Position numbers and translations under genes: made by a program. DNA of 64,000 nucleotides, from assembly GCA_963760795.1 (NCBI GenBank), contig CAVXEP010000003.1, forward strand, positions 64,001-128,000, written 5' to 3'. The notes below the pieces were generated by a model that was given only the letters and a program-made list of their open reading frames with translations, had not been told where the DNA came from and made no database searches. Position 1 is the first letter of the stretch. Each line of letters opens with the position of its first letter. Below are positions 30,867-41,648 of the stretch, one piece after another. The DNA is from an uncultured delta proteobacterium (GTDB lineage: Bacteria > Desulfobacterota > Binatia > UBA9968).

Positions 30867-31547
30867 TCAGCTGGGTTGGCAATTCGCCGACGGGCAGAAG
30901 CGGCTCAACAGACAACGTGAACAGGCCGGCCTGCGGGCAAAACATACGCGCCGTCCATGAATAATCAGCCGATGCGAAAAGTTAGTCCATTCCGCGGGTG
31001 GCAGGAGACGCGCCAGGTCGGATTCTATCTTCACCGGGTTCTGCTGCCGGGTTAGTCCCAAGCGGCGCGCCAAGCGGCGGCAGTGGGTATCGACGGCGAT
31101 CCCTGGCTCTCCAAAGGCATGGCCGCGAACCACATTGGCGGTCTTTCTACCGACACCGGCAAGCTTGATGAGCTCTGCCATCGCTGAAGGTACTTCACCG
31201 TGGTGGTCTGAGATCAACTGCCCGGCGCAGCGCTTAAGCGATTTGGCTTTGGCGCGAAACAGTCCGAGGGTGCGAATAGTAGACTCGATATCGGCTAAGG
31301 AAGCTTGCGAGAGCGAGCTGGGGTCGGGATAACGTGCGAATAAGTCCGGCGTGACTTTGTTCACTGCCGCATCGGTGCACTGAGCTGAGAGAATGACCGC
31401 GACCAGCAACTCAAAGTTGTTACGGTGTCTGAGCGGGCACTCAACCTCGCCGTAAAGACTCGCCAGGCCGGCAGCGATGGCAGCGGCGCGCTCGGCTTTT
31501 TTTTGCGCGGACTCTGGTCCGCGCGGCCGTGCTCTGGCGCTCGCCAC
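30867..31547 (-). CDS. nth: endonuclease III
   Basis: FELLVAVILSAQCTD, HhH LAGVGRKTANVV, AVDTH, CxxxxxxCxxCxxxxxC Fe-S motif; GTG start inferred. Confidence 0.93.
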   Translation of the reverse strand: MASARARPRGPESAQKKAERAAAIAAGLASLYGEVECPLRHRNNFELLVAVILSAQCTDAAVNKVTPDLFARYPDPSSLSQASLADIESTIRTLGLFRAKAKSLKRCAGQLISDHHGEVPSAMAELIKLAGVGRKTANVVRGHAFGEPGIAVDTHCRRLARRLGLTRQQNPVKIESDLARLLPPAEWTNFSHRLIIHGRRVCFARRPACSRCLLSRFCPSANCQPS

Positions 31548-31566
31548 AGCTGCGTTGGCGAGCCCT

Positions 31567-32910
<1,344 letters not shown>

Positions 32911-32918
32911 TTATCCCG

Positions 32919-33293
32919 ATGATGCTTCAGTTGTCGCCACGCTGGCCGCTCTATTTGCTCGGTTCGCTGATTCTACTGCTCTCCCTGGTCACCATCGTCG
33001 GTGAGCGCGGCGCGCTGCACCTCTGGCGTCTGGGCGGCGAGAAGAGCCGCATCGACGAACAAAACTACCGCGTGCAGCGTGACAACGAAATGTTGCGGCA
33101 AAAGGTTTCCCGCGTCCGTCACGACAATTATTTTCTGGAAAAATTGGCGCGGGAGGAACTCAACATGGCGCGCCCAGGAGAGGTGGTCTACCGCTTTTCC
33201 AAAGCCGAGTCGCGCCGCACCCCCAGCGCCGTCAACCAGGCTTCCGAACCACTCCCGTCAAAGGAACCAAACCTCGGTAAGTCATTGGATTGA
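32919..33293 (+). CDS. ftsB: FtsB/DivIC septum formation initiator
   Basis: TM helix, GERG, coiled coil, LEKLAREELNMARPGEVVY. Confidence 0.85.
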   Translation: MMLQLSPRWPLYLLGSLILLLSLVTIVGERGALHLWRLGGEKSRIDEQNYRVQRDNEMLRQKVSRVRHDNYFLEKLAREELNMARPGEVVYRFSKAESRRTPSAVNQASEPLPSKEPNLGKSLD

Positions 33294-33432
33294 CTCGCCG
33301 CGGCACAGGCGCATTCGCACCCAACTCTGAATTTCTGCCAAATCACCCGCGCTCATAACGATCCGCCAGATTTCTCAATGAGCGGCTGCTCGATGCGTAA
33401 CAAGCATACGGATAACGCCGAGATCATTAGAA

Positions 33433-33819
33433 TTAGGACTTATCTTTGAAGACGAAATGGTAATACTCATCCATGTCCATGAGAGAGTCGAGTTCCTCTT
33501 CGTTCTTTAAGCGCACTTCGATGAGCCAGCCTTCGCTGTAGGGATCTTCGTTGATGACCGCGGGATGGTCCTCTAACGTCGAATTGACCGCCATCACTGT
33601 GCCGGTGACCGGCGAGACCAGCTCATGCACCGTCGATGCCGATTCGATTTCGGCAAAGATCTCGCCCTCTTCGATGCTGTCACCGACATCCGGCAGCTCC
33701 ACCGAAAGCACCGAACCGAGCGCACCCTGAATGTAGTTGGTGAGTCCGAGATGGACATGCCGGTCTTCGACACCGACCCAGACATGCTGTTTGCTGACTT
33801 TGACTTCTTTTTCCGTCAT
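33433..33819 (-). CDS. GcvH-like protein lacking the lipoyl-lysine
   Basis: H-protein fold motifs (HVWV, VELP, SPVTGTV, INEDPYSEGWL), but IESASTV in place of VESVKA. Confidence 0.85.
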   Translation of the reverse strand: MTEKEVKVSKQHVWVGVEDRHVHLGLTNYIQGALGSVLSVELPDVGDSIEEGEIFAEIESASTVHELVSPVTGTVMAVNSTLEDHPAVINEDPYSEGWLIEVRLKNEEELDSLMDMDEYYHFVFKDKS

Positions 33820-33966
33820 GGTTGGTAACCCATCCCTACAAACTTTGTCGTTCTGCTGTCAAGGGTATTGCCTCCGGTCGCTGCCTTGACATCATCATGG
33901 AATTCACAGTAGCGATAGTCGAATCGGAAAAGCAAATCATGCGAAACTCTCAACCCGAGGAATAAC

Positions 33967-34479
33967 ATGGCAACCAATGATCCCGTGGCTGCGGGCGCGG
34001 CCATCGTCGCTGGCTTGAAAAAGGCCGGCATCGACTTCGTCGCCACCCTGCCGGACGAGAAAATGCTCGAAGTGATCCGCGCCGTCGAACGCGACCGTCA
34101 GCTAAAGCATGTACCGCTATGCCGCGAGGAAGAAGGCATCGGCATTTGTGCTGGCGCCTATCTGGCTGGCAAGAAGACCGCGATCATCATGCAGAACGCC
34201 GGCTTTTTGAATAGCTGCAACGCTCTGACCACCACGTCGCTGCAGCTGCAAATTCCGATCTTGATGCTGATCTACTACGCCGGCGATATCGGCGACCGCG
34301 GCTTTACCACCCTCGGCGCGGTCACTGAACCGGTCTTGCAGGCGATGGGATTCCGCAGCTACGTGTTGCGCAAGCCAGAAGACATCGATGAGGTCCTGGC
34401 CGGCGCGCAGATTCTCGCCGATGATTCGAAAAGACCGGTGGCGGTGCTGCTGACCAAGAGCGTCCTGGGGGTAAAATGA
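33967..34479 (+). CDS. TPP-dependent decarboxylase alpha subunit (sulfopyruvate/phosphonopyruvate decarboxylase ComD-like)
   Basis: REEEGIGICAGAYLAG, MQNAGFLNSCNAL. Confidence 0.85.
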   Translation: MATNDPVAAGAAIVAGLKKAGIDFVATLPDEKMLEVIRAVERDRQLKHVPLCREEEGIGICAGAYLAGKKTAIIMQNAGFLNSCNALTTTSLQLQIPILMLIYYAGDIGDRGFTTLGAVTEPVLQAMGFRSYVLRKPEDIDEVLAGAQILADDSKRPVAVLLTKSVLGVK

Positions 34480-35078
34480 TGCAACGCTTTGATTATCTGA
34501 AGACTGTTGCCGCGGACGCACAGGATGCCCTGGTGGTGTCTACAGGTTGGGGTTCGCGCGAATGGTGGGCGGTGCGGCCGAGCGATGGCAATCTGAAAAC
34601 CCGCACGCTGGGCTTGGTGTCTTCCATCGCCGCCGGCTTAGCCATCGCGCTACCGCACCGCAAAGTGATCGCCATCGATGGCGACGGCGCCTTTCTGATG
34701 AACCTCTGCGGTTTGCCGACTATCGCGCGGCAGAGCCCGGGGAATTTGCTCCACCTGCTTTTCGACAACGAAATCTATGAAGCGTCCGGCGGCACCGCCT
34801 CCGGGTCGCGCAGCACCGATGCGGTGGCCATAGCCAAGGGCGCGGGTTACGCTGACGCCCTGTGGGTCGACTCACTGGATGCGTTTCGCAATGCATTTCT
34901 GCGCGCCTGGATGCGGAACGAGCTGACTTTGATCGCCGTGAAAGTCGATCCCGGCCAGCCCAAAGATTTACCACCGCTAAAACTAGACGAGATCGAGAAC
35001 AAATACCGCTTCATGCGCTACTTGGAAGCGAGCGAGAACAAAGGCATTCTGAATCCGGGATTCGACTCGAAATTATAG
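34476..35078 (+). CDS. TPP-dependent decarboxylase beta subunit (ComE-like)
   Basis: TPP-binding GDGAFLMN...DN motif; ATGA overlap with the alpha subunit. Confidence 0.85.
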   Translation: MMQRFDYLKTVAADAQDALVVSTGWGSREWWAVRPSDGNLKTRTLGLVSSIAAGLAIALPHRKVIAIDGDGAFLMNLCGLPTIARQSPGNLLHLLFDNEIYEASGGTASGSRSTDAVAIAKGAGYADALWVDSLDAFRNAFLRAWMRNELTLIAVKVDPGQPKDLPPLKLDEIENKYRFMRYLEASENKGILNPGFDSKL

Positions 35079-35085
35079 TTGGCAG

Positions 35086-36117
35086 CTAGAGGCCTGTGCC
35101 GGTTTTTCGCGTTACAGCGACATCGCGCGCGGCGGCTTTTTTTATCCGTTCTTTCCTGCGCAGCGCCAGTTCGGCGCGCGAGAATTTACCATTGCGCTTG
35201 GGTAAGCCGAGCCAGTTCCACTGATCGGGATAGCGGCGAATTGCCGCTTCGAGGTACCTCGTGTAGACCGCCGTGGTCGCCACCACGCTCGCTTCGAGAT
35301 CTTCACGTTCCACCGCGGCGATGGCAGCGCCCACCGACAATAGCAAAGAATCGTCGCCCTCGCGGGTAGCGAACATCGGCAAGGTGACGGCGCCGGTGCG
35401 CAGGGCCAGAGTCGCCGGGCCGCGCGGCGCGGGCACTTGCATGCCAAAAAAATCCACCATCACGTCGCCCGACTTGAACTCATCGGCGATCACCAGCACG
35501 ATGCGATTTTCGCGCAGCGCCTTGAGCATTCCGCGTACCGCTTGGCTCCGTGGTTTGGCGGGAATCGTGTGAATGCCGATCCGCGACCGGTAGTCGTCGG
35601 TGAGCCGGGCAAACCGTTCATCGGCGGGATGTTTCACCACCACGCTAAAGGGATAGCCCGCCGCCGCCAGACGCGGGCCGATCAAGGTAAAACTGCCGAG
35701 ATGCGCGCTCAAGGCGAGGACGCCTTTGCCTTTGGCCAAGGCGCTTTGCAGATGTTCTTCGCCGTCGAGTCGGATGCTGCCGACGATGCGCGCCTTCGAA
35801 TGATGCATGATCGCCATGGTATCGAGCACTCCGCGGGCAAAGCTTTTCCAAGCGCGCCAAGCCAAATCTTTACGCTCCGCCTCGCCAGGGATATCCTTGC
35901 CCAAGGTCAAGGCGATGTTTTCCTGCATGCGCCGGCGGTACTGCGACATCAGCTTGAAGGATAGCCACGCCACCAGCATGGTAAACCGCTCGACGACTCG
36001 AAAGGGTATGTACCGCATACCTGCGATGAATCCGCGCAACCAATATTCGCCGACGCGGTAGCGCAAGTTGTAAAAAAACTGTCCGAACGGCGAGCGCCGC
36101 CGCTTTAACCTAGCCAT
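35086..36117 (-). CDS. LpxL/HtrB-family lipid A (lysophospholipid) acyltransferase
   Basis: GKGVLALSAHLG, VDFFG, GPATLALRTGA, IRRYPDQWNW. Confidence 0.85.
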   Translation of the reverse strand: MARLKRRRSPFGQFFYNLRYRVGEYWLRGFIAGMRYIPFRVVERFTMLVAWLSFKLMSQYRRRMQENIALTLGKDIPGEAERKDLAWRAWKSFARGVLDTMAIMHHSKARIVGSIRLDGEEHLQSALAKGKGVLALSAHLGSFTLIGPRLAAAGYPFSVVVKHPADERFARLTDDYRSRIGIHTIPAKPRSQAVRGMLKALRENRIVLVIADEFKSGDVMVDFFGMQVPAPRGPATLALRTGAVTLPMFATREGDDSLLLSVGAAIAAVEREDLEASVVATTAVYTRYLEAAIRRYPDQWNWLGLPKRNGKFSRAELALRRKERIKKAAARDVAVTRKTGTGL

Positions 36118-36227
36118 AAATGATTTATGAATTCCTTTGGTGGGCTTTTCAAGCTCGCGCTAAAGCGAAACCGGCGGCGCTGGGCGAATCCCATTGCCAC
36201 CGGTGCTGGGGTAAATCGAATGATCGG

Positions 36228-36686
36228 TTAGCGGCCCGCGGCCCGGCGCAGCCGAGGTTTAGGCCGGCCGGAAATCGCCATGCCACGGCGCGGTTTATCG
36301 CGCAGCGGCCGCAGTTGAATCACTTGCGGCTGGGTCTGCTGGGCGACGCGCTGCTGTTGCCATTGCGCCAGGCCGCGGCGCAGATAGTTAGGATCGAGCC
36401 CTAACGTCTCGCAGACGATATTGAAGGAGAAGACTCCTGAATCGTCGAGCTGAAAAACCCAATCCTCGGTGTCGCGAAACTGCGCCTTGCCCTTGCTTTC
36501 GCGGGCGAACAAATATTTTTGAAAACAGGCGACGGCATCCTCCAGAATCGCCAGCATGAGCTTTTTCTCCGGCTCCAAGTGCAGCTTGCGCCGGAAGGTA
36601 TCGAGATATTGATCCGGCAGCAGCGTGTCCGGCTGAAACAATGAAGTCACCCGCTCATCCATACTCAGTCCATTCTCGTAAGGCAT
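36228..36686 (-). CDS. conserved hypothetical protein (PEKKLMLAILEDA...FSFNIVCETLGLDP family)
   Basis: Strong GGGAGGTGG RBS; C-terminal helical, HTH-like segment. Confidence 0.75.
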   Translation of the reverse strand: MPYENGLSMDERVTSLFQPDTLLPDQYLDTFRRKLHLEPEKKLMLAILEDAVACFQKYLFARESKGKAQFRDTEDWVFQLDDSGVFSFNIVCETLGLDPNYLRRGLAQWQQQRVAQQTQPQVIQLRPLRDKPRRGMAISGRPKPRLRRAAGR

Positions 36687-36750
36687 GAAAACCACCTCCC
36701 GTTAGGATGCGGCCTAGATCCCGGTTGCAACACGAAATTTCGCATCCCGG

Positions 36751-37206
36751 CTACGCCGCACTCGAAAGAGAAGAGGAGCCAATAAATTCCCGGCAGGGTG
36801 AACGTCGCAAGCCCGCAATCGTCGTCCCACTGAGCACTGCGTTAATCTTCTGCTGCACTTCGCTCCACACGCCGATCATCGTACAGCGGGGCATTTGGTC
36901 GCAGCCCCGGTGTTCGTCGAGGCACACGTTGACGGCGATCGGTCCGTCGATCGCCTCGATCACATCGTTAAAAGAAATTTCCTCCGGCGCCCGTGCCAGC
37001 GCATAGCCGCCACAGGAGCCGCGCTTCGATTTGATCAAACCACCGCGAATCAGGTCTTGAATGATCTTTTCCAAAAACTTGCGCGGCATGCCCTGCTGTT
37101 TGGCGATCTCGGCAATGGAGCAACATTTTTCGCGGTCTTGGCCCGACAAGTAAATCACCGCGCGTAGACCGTAATCGACCCGCCGCGGAATTTGCATGAG
37201 CGCCAT
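36751..37206 (-). CDS. Rrf2-family regulator (IscR-like, three Cys)
   Basis: DYGLRAVIYL, SKRGSCGGY, CLDEHRGCDQMPRC. Confidence 0.9.
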   Translation of the reverse strand: MALMQIPRRVDYGLRAVIYLSGQDREKCCSIAEIAKQQGMPRKFLEKIIQDLIRGGLIKSKRGSCGGYALARAPEEISFNDVIEAIDGPIAVNVCLDEHRGCDQMPRCTMIGVWSEVQQKINAVLSGTTIAGLRRSPCREFIGSSSLSSAA

Positions 37207-37226
37207 AATGTTTTTTCCCTCATTCG

Positions 37227-38432
37227 TTAACGCGCGCCATCAAGGCTGCGTTCGTCTGGCGGCCGGCGTTGGCTGCCCAACCGCCCCAGGGCCGAAAGCC
37301 CTTGTAAGCGTTGGACGATCGCCGGCACTTTTTCGTTCACATAATTAACTTCCGCTTCGCTATTGAACCGGCTCAAGCTGAAGCGCACCGCCCCCTGCAG
37401 CCAATCGGCCGGCACGTCCATCGCCCGCAAAACATGCGAAGGCTCAGCGGAGCCGGCCGTGCATGCGGAGCCAGTGGAAGCGCAAATCCCCTGCTGGTCT
37501 AGTAGAACCAGCATCGACTCGCCTTCCAAATAACGAAAGCTGATGTTCAAGGTGTTCGGCAGCCGCTCTTGGTTGCGGCCATTGACCCGGCTCTCGGGAC
37601 AAGCGGCCAACAGCAGCGCTTCCAAACGATCGCGCAATTTTCTCTCATGTTCACTGTCCGCGACGATGCGAGCCAGGGCGATCTCGGCGGCTTGACCCAT
37701 GCCGACGATGCCGGCAACGTTTTCCGTGCCGGCGCGCCGATTGCGCTCTTGGTGGCCGCCGATCATAAACGGCGGGAAAGTGATGCCGCGGCGCACATAC
37801 AGCGCGCCGACACCCTTGGGTGCATGAAATTTATGGCCGGATATCGTCAGCAAATCGACCGGCAGCGCGCTGACGTTAATCGGAATCTTACCGGCCGCTT
37901 GAACTGCGTCGACATGGAGCGGAATGGCGTGGGCACGGACCAGCGCGGCAATTTTTTCGATGGGAAAAATCACCCCGGTCTCATTGTTCGCCCACATGAT
38001 CGAAACCAGCGCGGTATCGTCGGACAATGCGGCGGATAATTCGGCCAAGTCGAGCGCGCCGTCCTGATCGACGCTGAGCCAGGTAACCCGATAGCCTTTC
38101 TTCTCAAGATGCTGGCACAAGCCCAACACCGCGGAATGTTCGACCTTGGTTGTGATGATATGACGTTTGTCCGGCCGCGCTTCGAGCATGGCGCGGATCG
38201 CCGCGTTATCGCCCTCGGTACCGCAACTGGTAAAGAGCACTTCCACCGGATCGGCGGCGCCGATAAGAGCCGCCACTTGGGCGCGCGCCTGGGCGATCTT
38301 CTGACCGACATCGCTGCCAAAGCGGTGGATACTCGACGGATTACCGTAAAACTCCGTGTAGTACGGCAGCATCGCCGCGGCGACTTCCGGCAGCACTCGA
38401 GTGGTGGAATTGTTATCGAAGTAAACGTCCAT
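37227..38432 (-). CDS. nifS: cysteine desulfurase, NifS type
   Basis: YFDNNSTT, FTSCGTE, SGHKFHAPKG, STGSACTAGS. Confidence 0.9.
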   Translation of the reverse strand: MDVYFDNNSTTRVLPEVAAAMLPYYTEFYGNPSSIHRFGSDVGQKIAQARAQVAALIGAADPVEVLFTSCGTEGDNAAIRAMLEARPDKRHIITTKVEHSAVLGLCQHLEKKGYRVTWLSVDQDGALDLAELSAALSDDTALVSIMWANNETGVIFPIEKIAALVRAHAIPLHVDAVQAAGKIPINVSALPVDLLTISGHKFHAPKGVGALYVRRGITFPPFMIGGHQERNRRAGTENVAGIVGMGQAAEIALARIVADSEHERKLRDRLEALLLAACPESRVNGRNQERLPNTLNISFRYLEGESMLVLLDQQGICASTGSACTAGSAEPSHVLRAMDVPADWLQGAVRFSLSRFNSEAEVNYVNEKVPAIVQRLQGLSALGRLGSQRRPPDERSLDGAR

Positions 38433-38456
38433 AGGCTTCACGCAAGCGTTGGGCAA

Positions 38457-39912
38457 CTATCCAACACTGCCCTCAAGACTCACGCCCAACAATTTCTGCG
38501 CCTCGACGGCGAACTCCATCGGCAGTTCTTTGAATACTTGCTTGCAGAAACCGTTGACGATCAGGTTCACCGCGTCCTCATTCGAGATGCCGCGCTGACG
38601 GCAATAGAACAGCTGATCCTCGCCGATCTTCGACGTCGACGCTTCATGCTCGACCTGGGATGCGTTGTTCAACACTTCCAGATAGGGAAATGTATGGGCG
38701 CCGCACTGATCACCCAACAACAACGAATCACACTGTGAATAGTTGCGCGCGCCGCTGGCGCCTTTCATGATCTTCACCAGGCCGCGATAGGTGTTCTGGC
38801 CATGGCCGGCGGAAATCCCCTTGGAGATAATCGTGCTTTTGGTGTTCTTGCCGATATGGATCATCTTGGTGCCGGTGTCGGCTTGCTGATAATTATTGGT
38901 CAGCGCCACCGAATAAAATTCGCCGACCGAATCGTCCCCCTGCAAGATGCAGCTTGGATACTTCCAAGTAATCGCCGACCCCGTTTCCACCTGCGTCCAG
39001 GATATTTTTGAACGCTCGCCCAAGCACTTGCCGCGCTTGGTGACAAAGTTATAAATGCCGCCTTTGCCTTCTTTGTCACCGGGATACCAGTTTTGCACCG
39101 TCGAGTATTTGATCCGCGCGTCCTTGTGCGCGACCAACTCGACCACCGCGGCGTGCAGCTGATTTTTGTCGCGCATCGGCGCGGTACAGCCTTCGAGATA
39201 ACTCACGGTCGCGCCTTCGTCGGCGACGATCAGTGTGCGCTCGAACTGGCCGGTGTCCGCCGCATTGATACGAAAATAAGTCGACAACTCCATCGGACAC
39301 TTGACGCCCTTAGGAATATAACAGAACGAGCCGTCGCTGAAGACCGCCGAATTGAGCGCGGCGAAGAAATTATCGCTGTAGGGCACCACCGAACCCAAAT
39401 ATTTTTGAATCAGTTCGGGGTGATTGTGCACCGCTTCGGAAAACGAGCAAAAAATCACGCCCATCTCGGCGAGCTTGCCCTTAAAGGTGGTCGCCACCGA
39501 AACACTATCGAACACGGCATCGACGGCGACGCCCGCGAGCAACTCTTGCTCCTTGAGCGGAATACCGAGCTTCGCATAGGTCTCGAGCAGGTCGGGGTCG
39601 ACCTCTGCCAGGCTCTTGGGACCATCGTTCTGCGACTTGGGCGCCGAATAGTAGCGCACCGCTTGATAGTCGATGGCCGGATAGTGAATCTTCGCCCATT
39701 TCGGCTCGGCGTCGGCCTGCTCCAGCTTGGTCCAATAGCGATACGCTTTCAGACGCCATTCGAGCATGAATTCCGGTTCGTTTTTCTCTCGCCGAAATCA
39801 GCCGAACCACGTCCTCGTTCAAGCCCGGCGCCATGGTATCGGCTTCGATGTCCGAGACAAAGCCGTACTTGTATTCCCGTTGGGCGAGATCTTCGACAGT
39901 AGTGGTCGCCAT
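38457..39912 (-). CDS. sufB: Fe-S assembly scaffold SufB (apparent +1 frameshift near 39785)
   Basis: YKYGF N-terminus in one frame; [30 protein letters not shown] in the next. Confidence 0.92.
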
Positions 39913-39937
39913 AAATGTTGATCCTTTATTTATTCTT

Positions 39938-40267
39938 TCAAACGGCGAACGACGCGCCGCAACCGCAAGCCTTTTTGACGTTGGGATTTTGGAAGACGAA
40001 GCCCGACTGCATCAGTTCGTCCTTGTAGTCGAGTTCCGTGCCGGTCAAATACAGCAGGCTCTTCATATCGACCAAAACCTTGGCGCCGTCTTTCTCGAAA
40101 ATCTTATCGGTGCCCTTGGGCATATCGAAGTCGACTTTGTATTGCAGACCCGAGCAACCGCCGCCAACGACTTTAACTCGGAGCCACTGGCCGTCGCGGT
40201 TCTCGGCCGCCGCCAACTCCTTGATTCTTGCCGCTGCCCTCTCGGTTACACTTACGCCCATCGCCAT
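39938..40267 (-). CDS. iscA: A-type Fe-S carrier (IscA/SufA/HesB)
   Basis: GGGCSGLQY, NPNVKKACGCGASF. Confidence 0.93.
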   Translation of the reverse strand: MAMGVSVTERAAARIKELAAAENRDGQWLRVKVVGGGCSGLQYKVDFDMPKGTDKIFEKDGAKVLVDMKSLLYLTGTELDYKDELMQSGFVFQNPNVKKACGCGASFAV

Positions 40268-40311
40268 GATTTTTCTCCTGTCAAAAACACCAAAGGCTTA
40301 AGAAAAGTGCT

Positions 40312-41526
40312 CTATTGATTGGCGTCCGCCAGCTGCTGCCGGCCTTTCTTAGCTTTGTACAGCGGCGATATCTGCCGCAGCCGAGCCACTTCTTCGACCA
40401 CCCGTTTGACGGTATAGTCGATCTCTTCTTCATTGGTAAAGCGGCCCAAGCCGAAACGAATCGCGCTGTAGGCCAGTTCATCGGCAAGGCCGATCGCTTT
40501 CAGCACATAGGACGGTTCCAGACTCGCCGAAGTACAGGCGGAGCCGGTGGACACGGCGATATCCTTGAGCCCCATCAATAGCGATTCGCCCTCGATGTAA
40601 GCAAAGCTCAGGTTCAGGTTGCCGGGCAAACGCTCGACGGCGTGGCCGTTGATCTGCACATCGTCGAGCTGTTTGAGAATACCGTCCTTCAAGCGCTCGC
40701 GCAGTGCGATCAAGCGCTCAGCTTCCGCGCTCATTTCATTTTGCGACAGCTCGCAGGCTTGGCCGAGTCCGACGATGCCTGGAACATTTAAAGTTCCCGA
40801 ACGCATGCCGCGCTCATGGCCGCCGCCGTCGATGAGCGAGGTCAATTTCACCCGCGGTTTGGCCGAGCGCACGTAAAGCGCGCCGATGCCTTTGGGGCCG
40901 TACATCTTGTGCGCCGTCAGCGACAACAGATCGATACCCATGGCGTCGACGGCGATCGGAAACTTGCCGACGCCTTGAGTCGCGTCGCTATGAAACAAGA
41001 TATTTTTTTCTTTGGCCAAGCGGCCGATCTCTGTGACCGGCTGGATCGTGCCGATCTCGTTGTTCGCCGCCATGATCGAGAGCAAAATCGTCTTGTCCGT
41101 GATGGCCGCGCGCAAGCGCTGCAGGTCGATAAGCCCATCCGACCCAACCGGCAGATAGGTTATCTCGAAACCATGCTTGGCCAAAACCTTACAGCTATCC
41201 AACACCGCCTTATGTTCGGTGACGCAGGTGACGATATGGTTGCCTTTGTCGCGATAGGCATCGGCAACTCCCTTGATCGCCAGATTATCCGACTCGGTGG
41301 CGCCGCTGGTGAAGACAATCTCGCGCGGCGAAGCCGCGCCGATTAACTTTGCCACCTGTTCCCGCGCGGTATCGACCGCGGCGTCAGCTTCCCAACCGAA
41401 AGCATGGCTCTTGCTCGCGGCATTGCCAAAACGCTCGGTAAAATACGGCAACATCGCCGCCAAGACCCGTGGGTCCACCGGCGTGGTGGCGTGATTATCG
41501 AGATATATGGGCGTTTGTAGAGCCAT
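40312..41526 (-). CDS. iscS: cysteine desulfurase IscS
   Basis: [53 protein letters not shown]. Confidence 0.93.
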   Translation of the reverse strand: MALQTPIYLDNHATTPVDPRVLAAMLPYFTERFGNAASKSHAFGWEADAAVDTAREQVAKLIGAASPREIVFTSGATESDNLAIKGVADAYRDKGNHIVTCVTEHKAVLDSCKVLAKHGFEITYLPVGSDGLIDLQRLRAAITDKTILLSIMAANNEIGTIQPVTEIGRLAKEKNILFHSDATQGVGKFPIAVDAMGIDLLSLTAHKMYGPKGIGALYVRSAKPRVKLTSLIDGGGHERGMRSGTLNVPGIVGLGQACELSQNEMSAEAERLIALRERLKDGILKQLDDVQINGHAVERLPGNLNLSFAYIEGESLLMGLKDIAVSTGSACTSASLEPSYVLKAIGLADELAYSAIRFGLGRFTNEEEIDYTVKRVVEEVARLRQISPLYKAKKGRQQLADANQ

Positions 41527-41544
41527 GGGAAGCGCTTTTTTCAA

Positions 41545-41569
41545 ATTACAGACCTTATTAGTCTGATAT
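41545..41569 (-). promoter_or_regulatory. IscR/Rrf2 type-1-like operator
   Basis: Minus strand ATATCAGACTAATAAGGTCTGTAAT: CAGAC-N7-GTCTG palindrome with IscR spacing, just downstream of the -10. Confidence 0.65.
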
Positions 41570-41570
41570 C

Positions 41571-41599
41571 AAGTTAACCAAGACTGGGATTTGAGTCAA
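41571..41599 (-). promoter_or_regulatory. sigma70-type promoter of the Fe-S operon
   Basis: TTGACT-N17-TAACTT on the minus strand. Confidence 0.6.
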
Positions 41600-41648
41600 T
41601 AGCCAGGGACGTTTAACTAAGTTGTCGAATTATTAGGACTTATTGACT

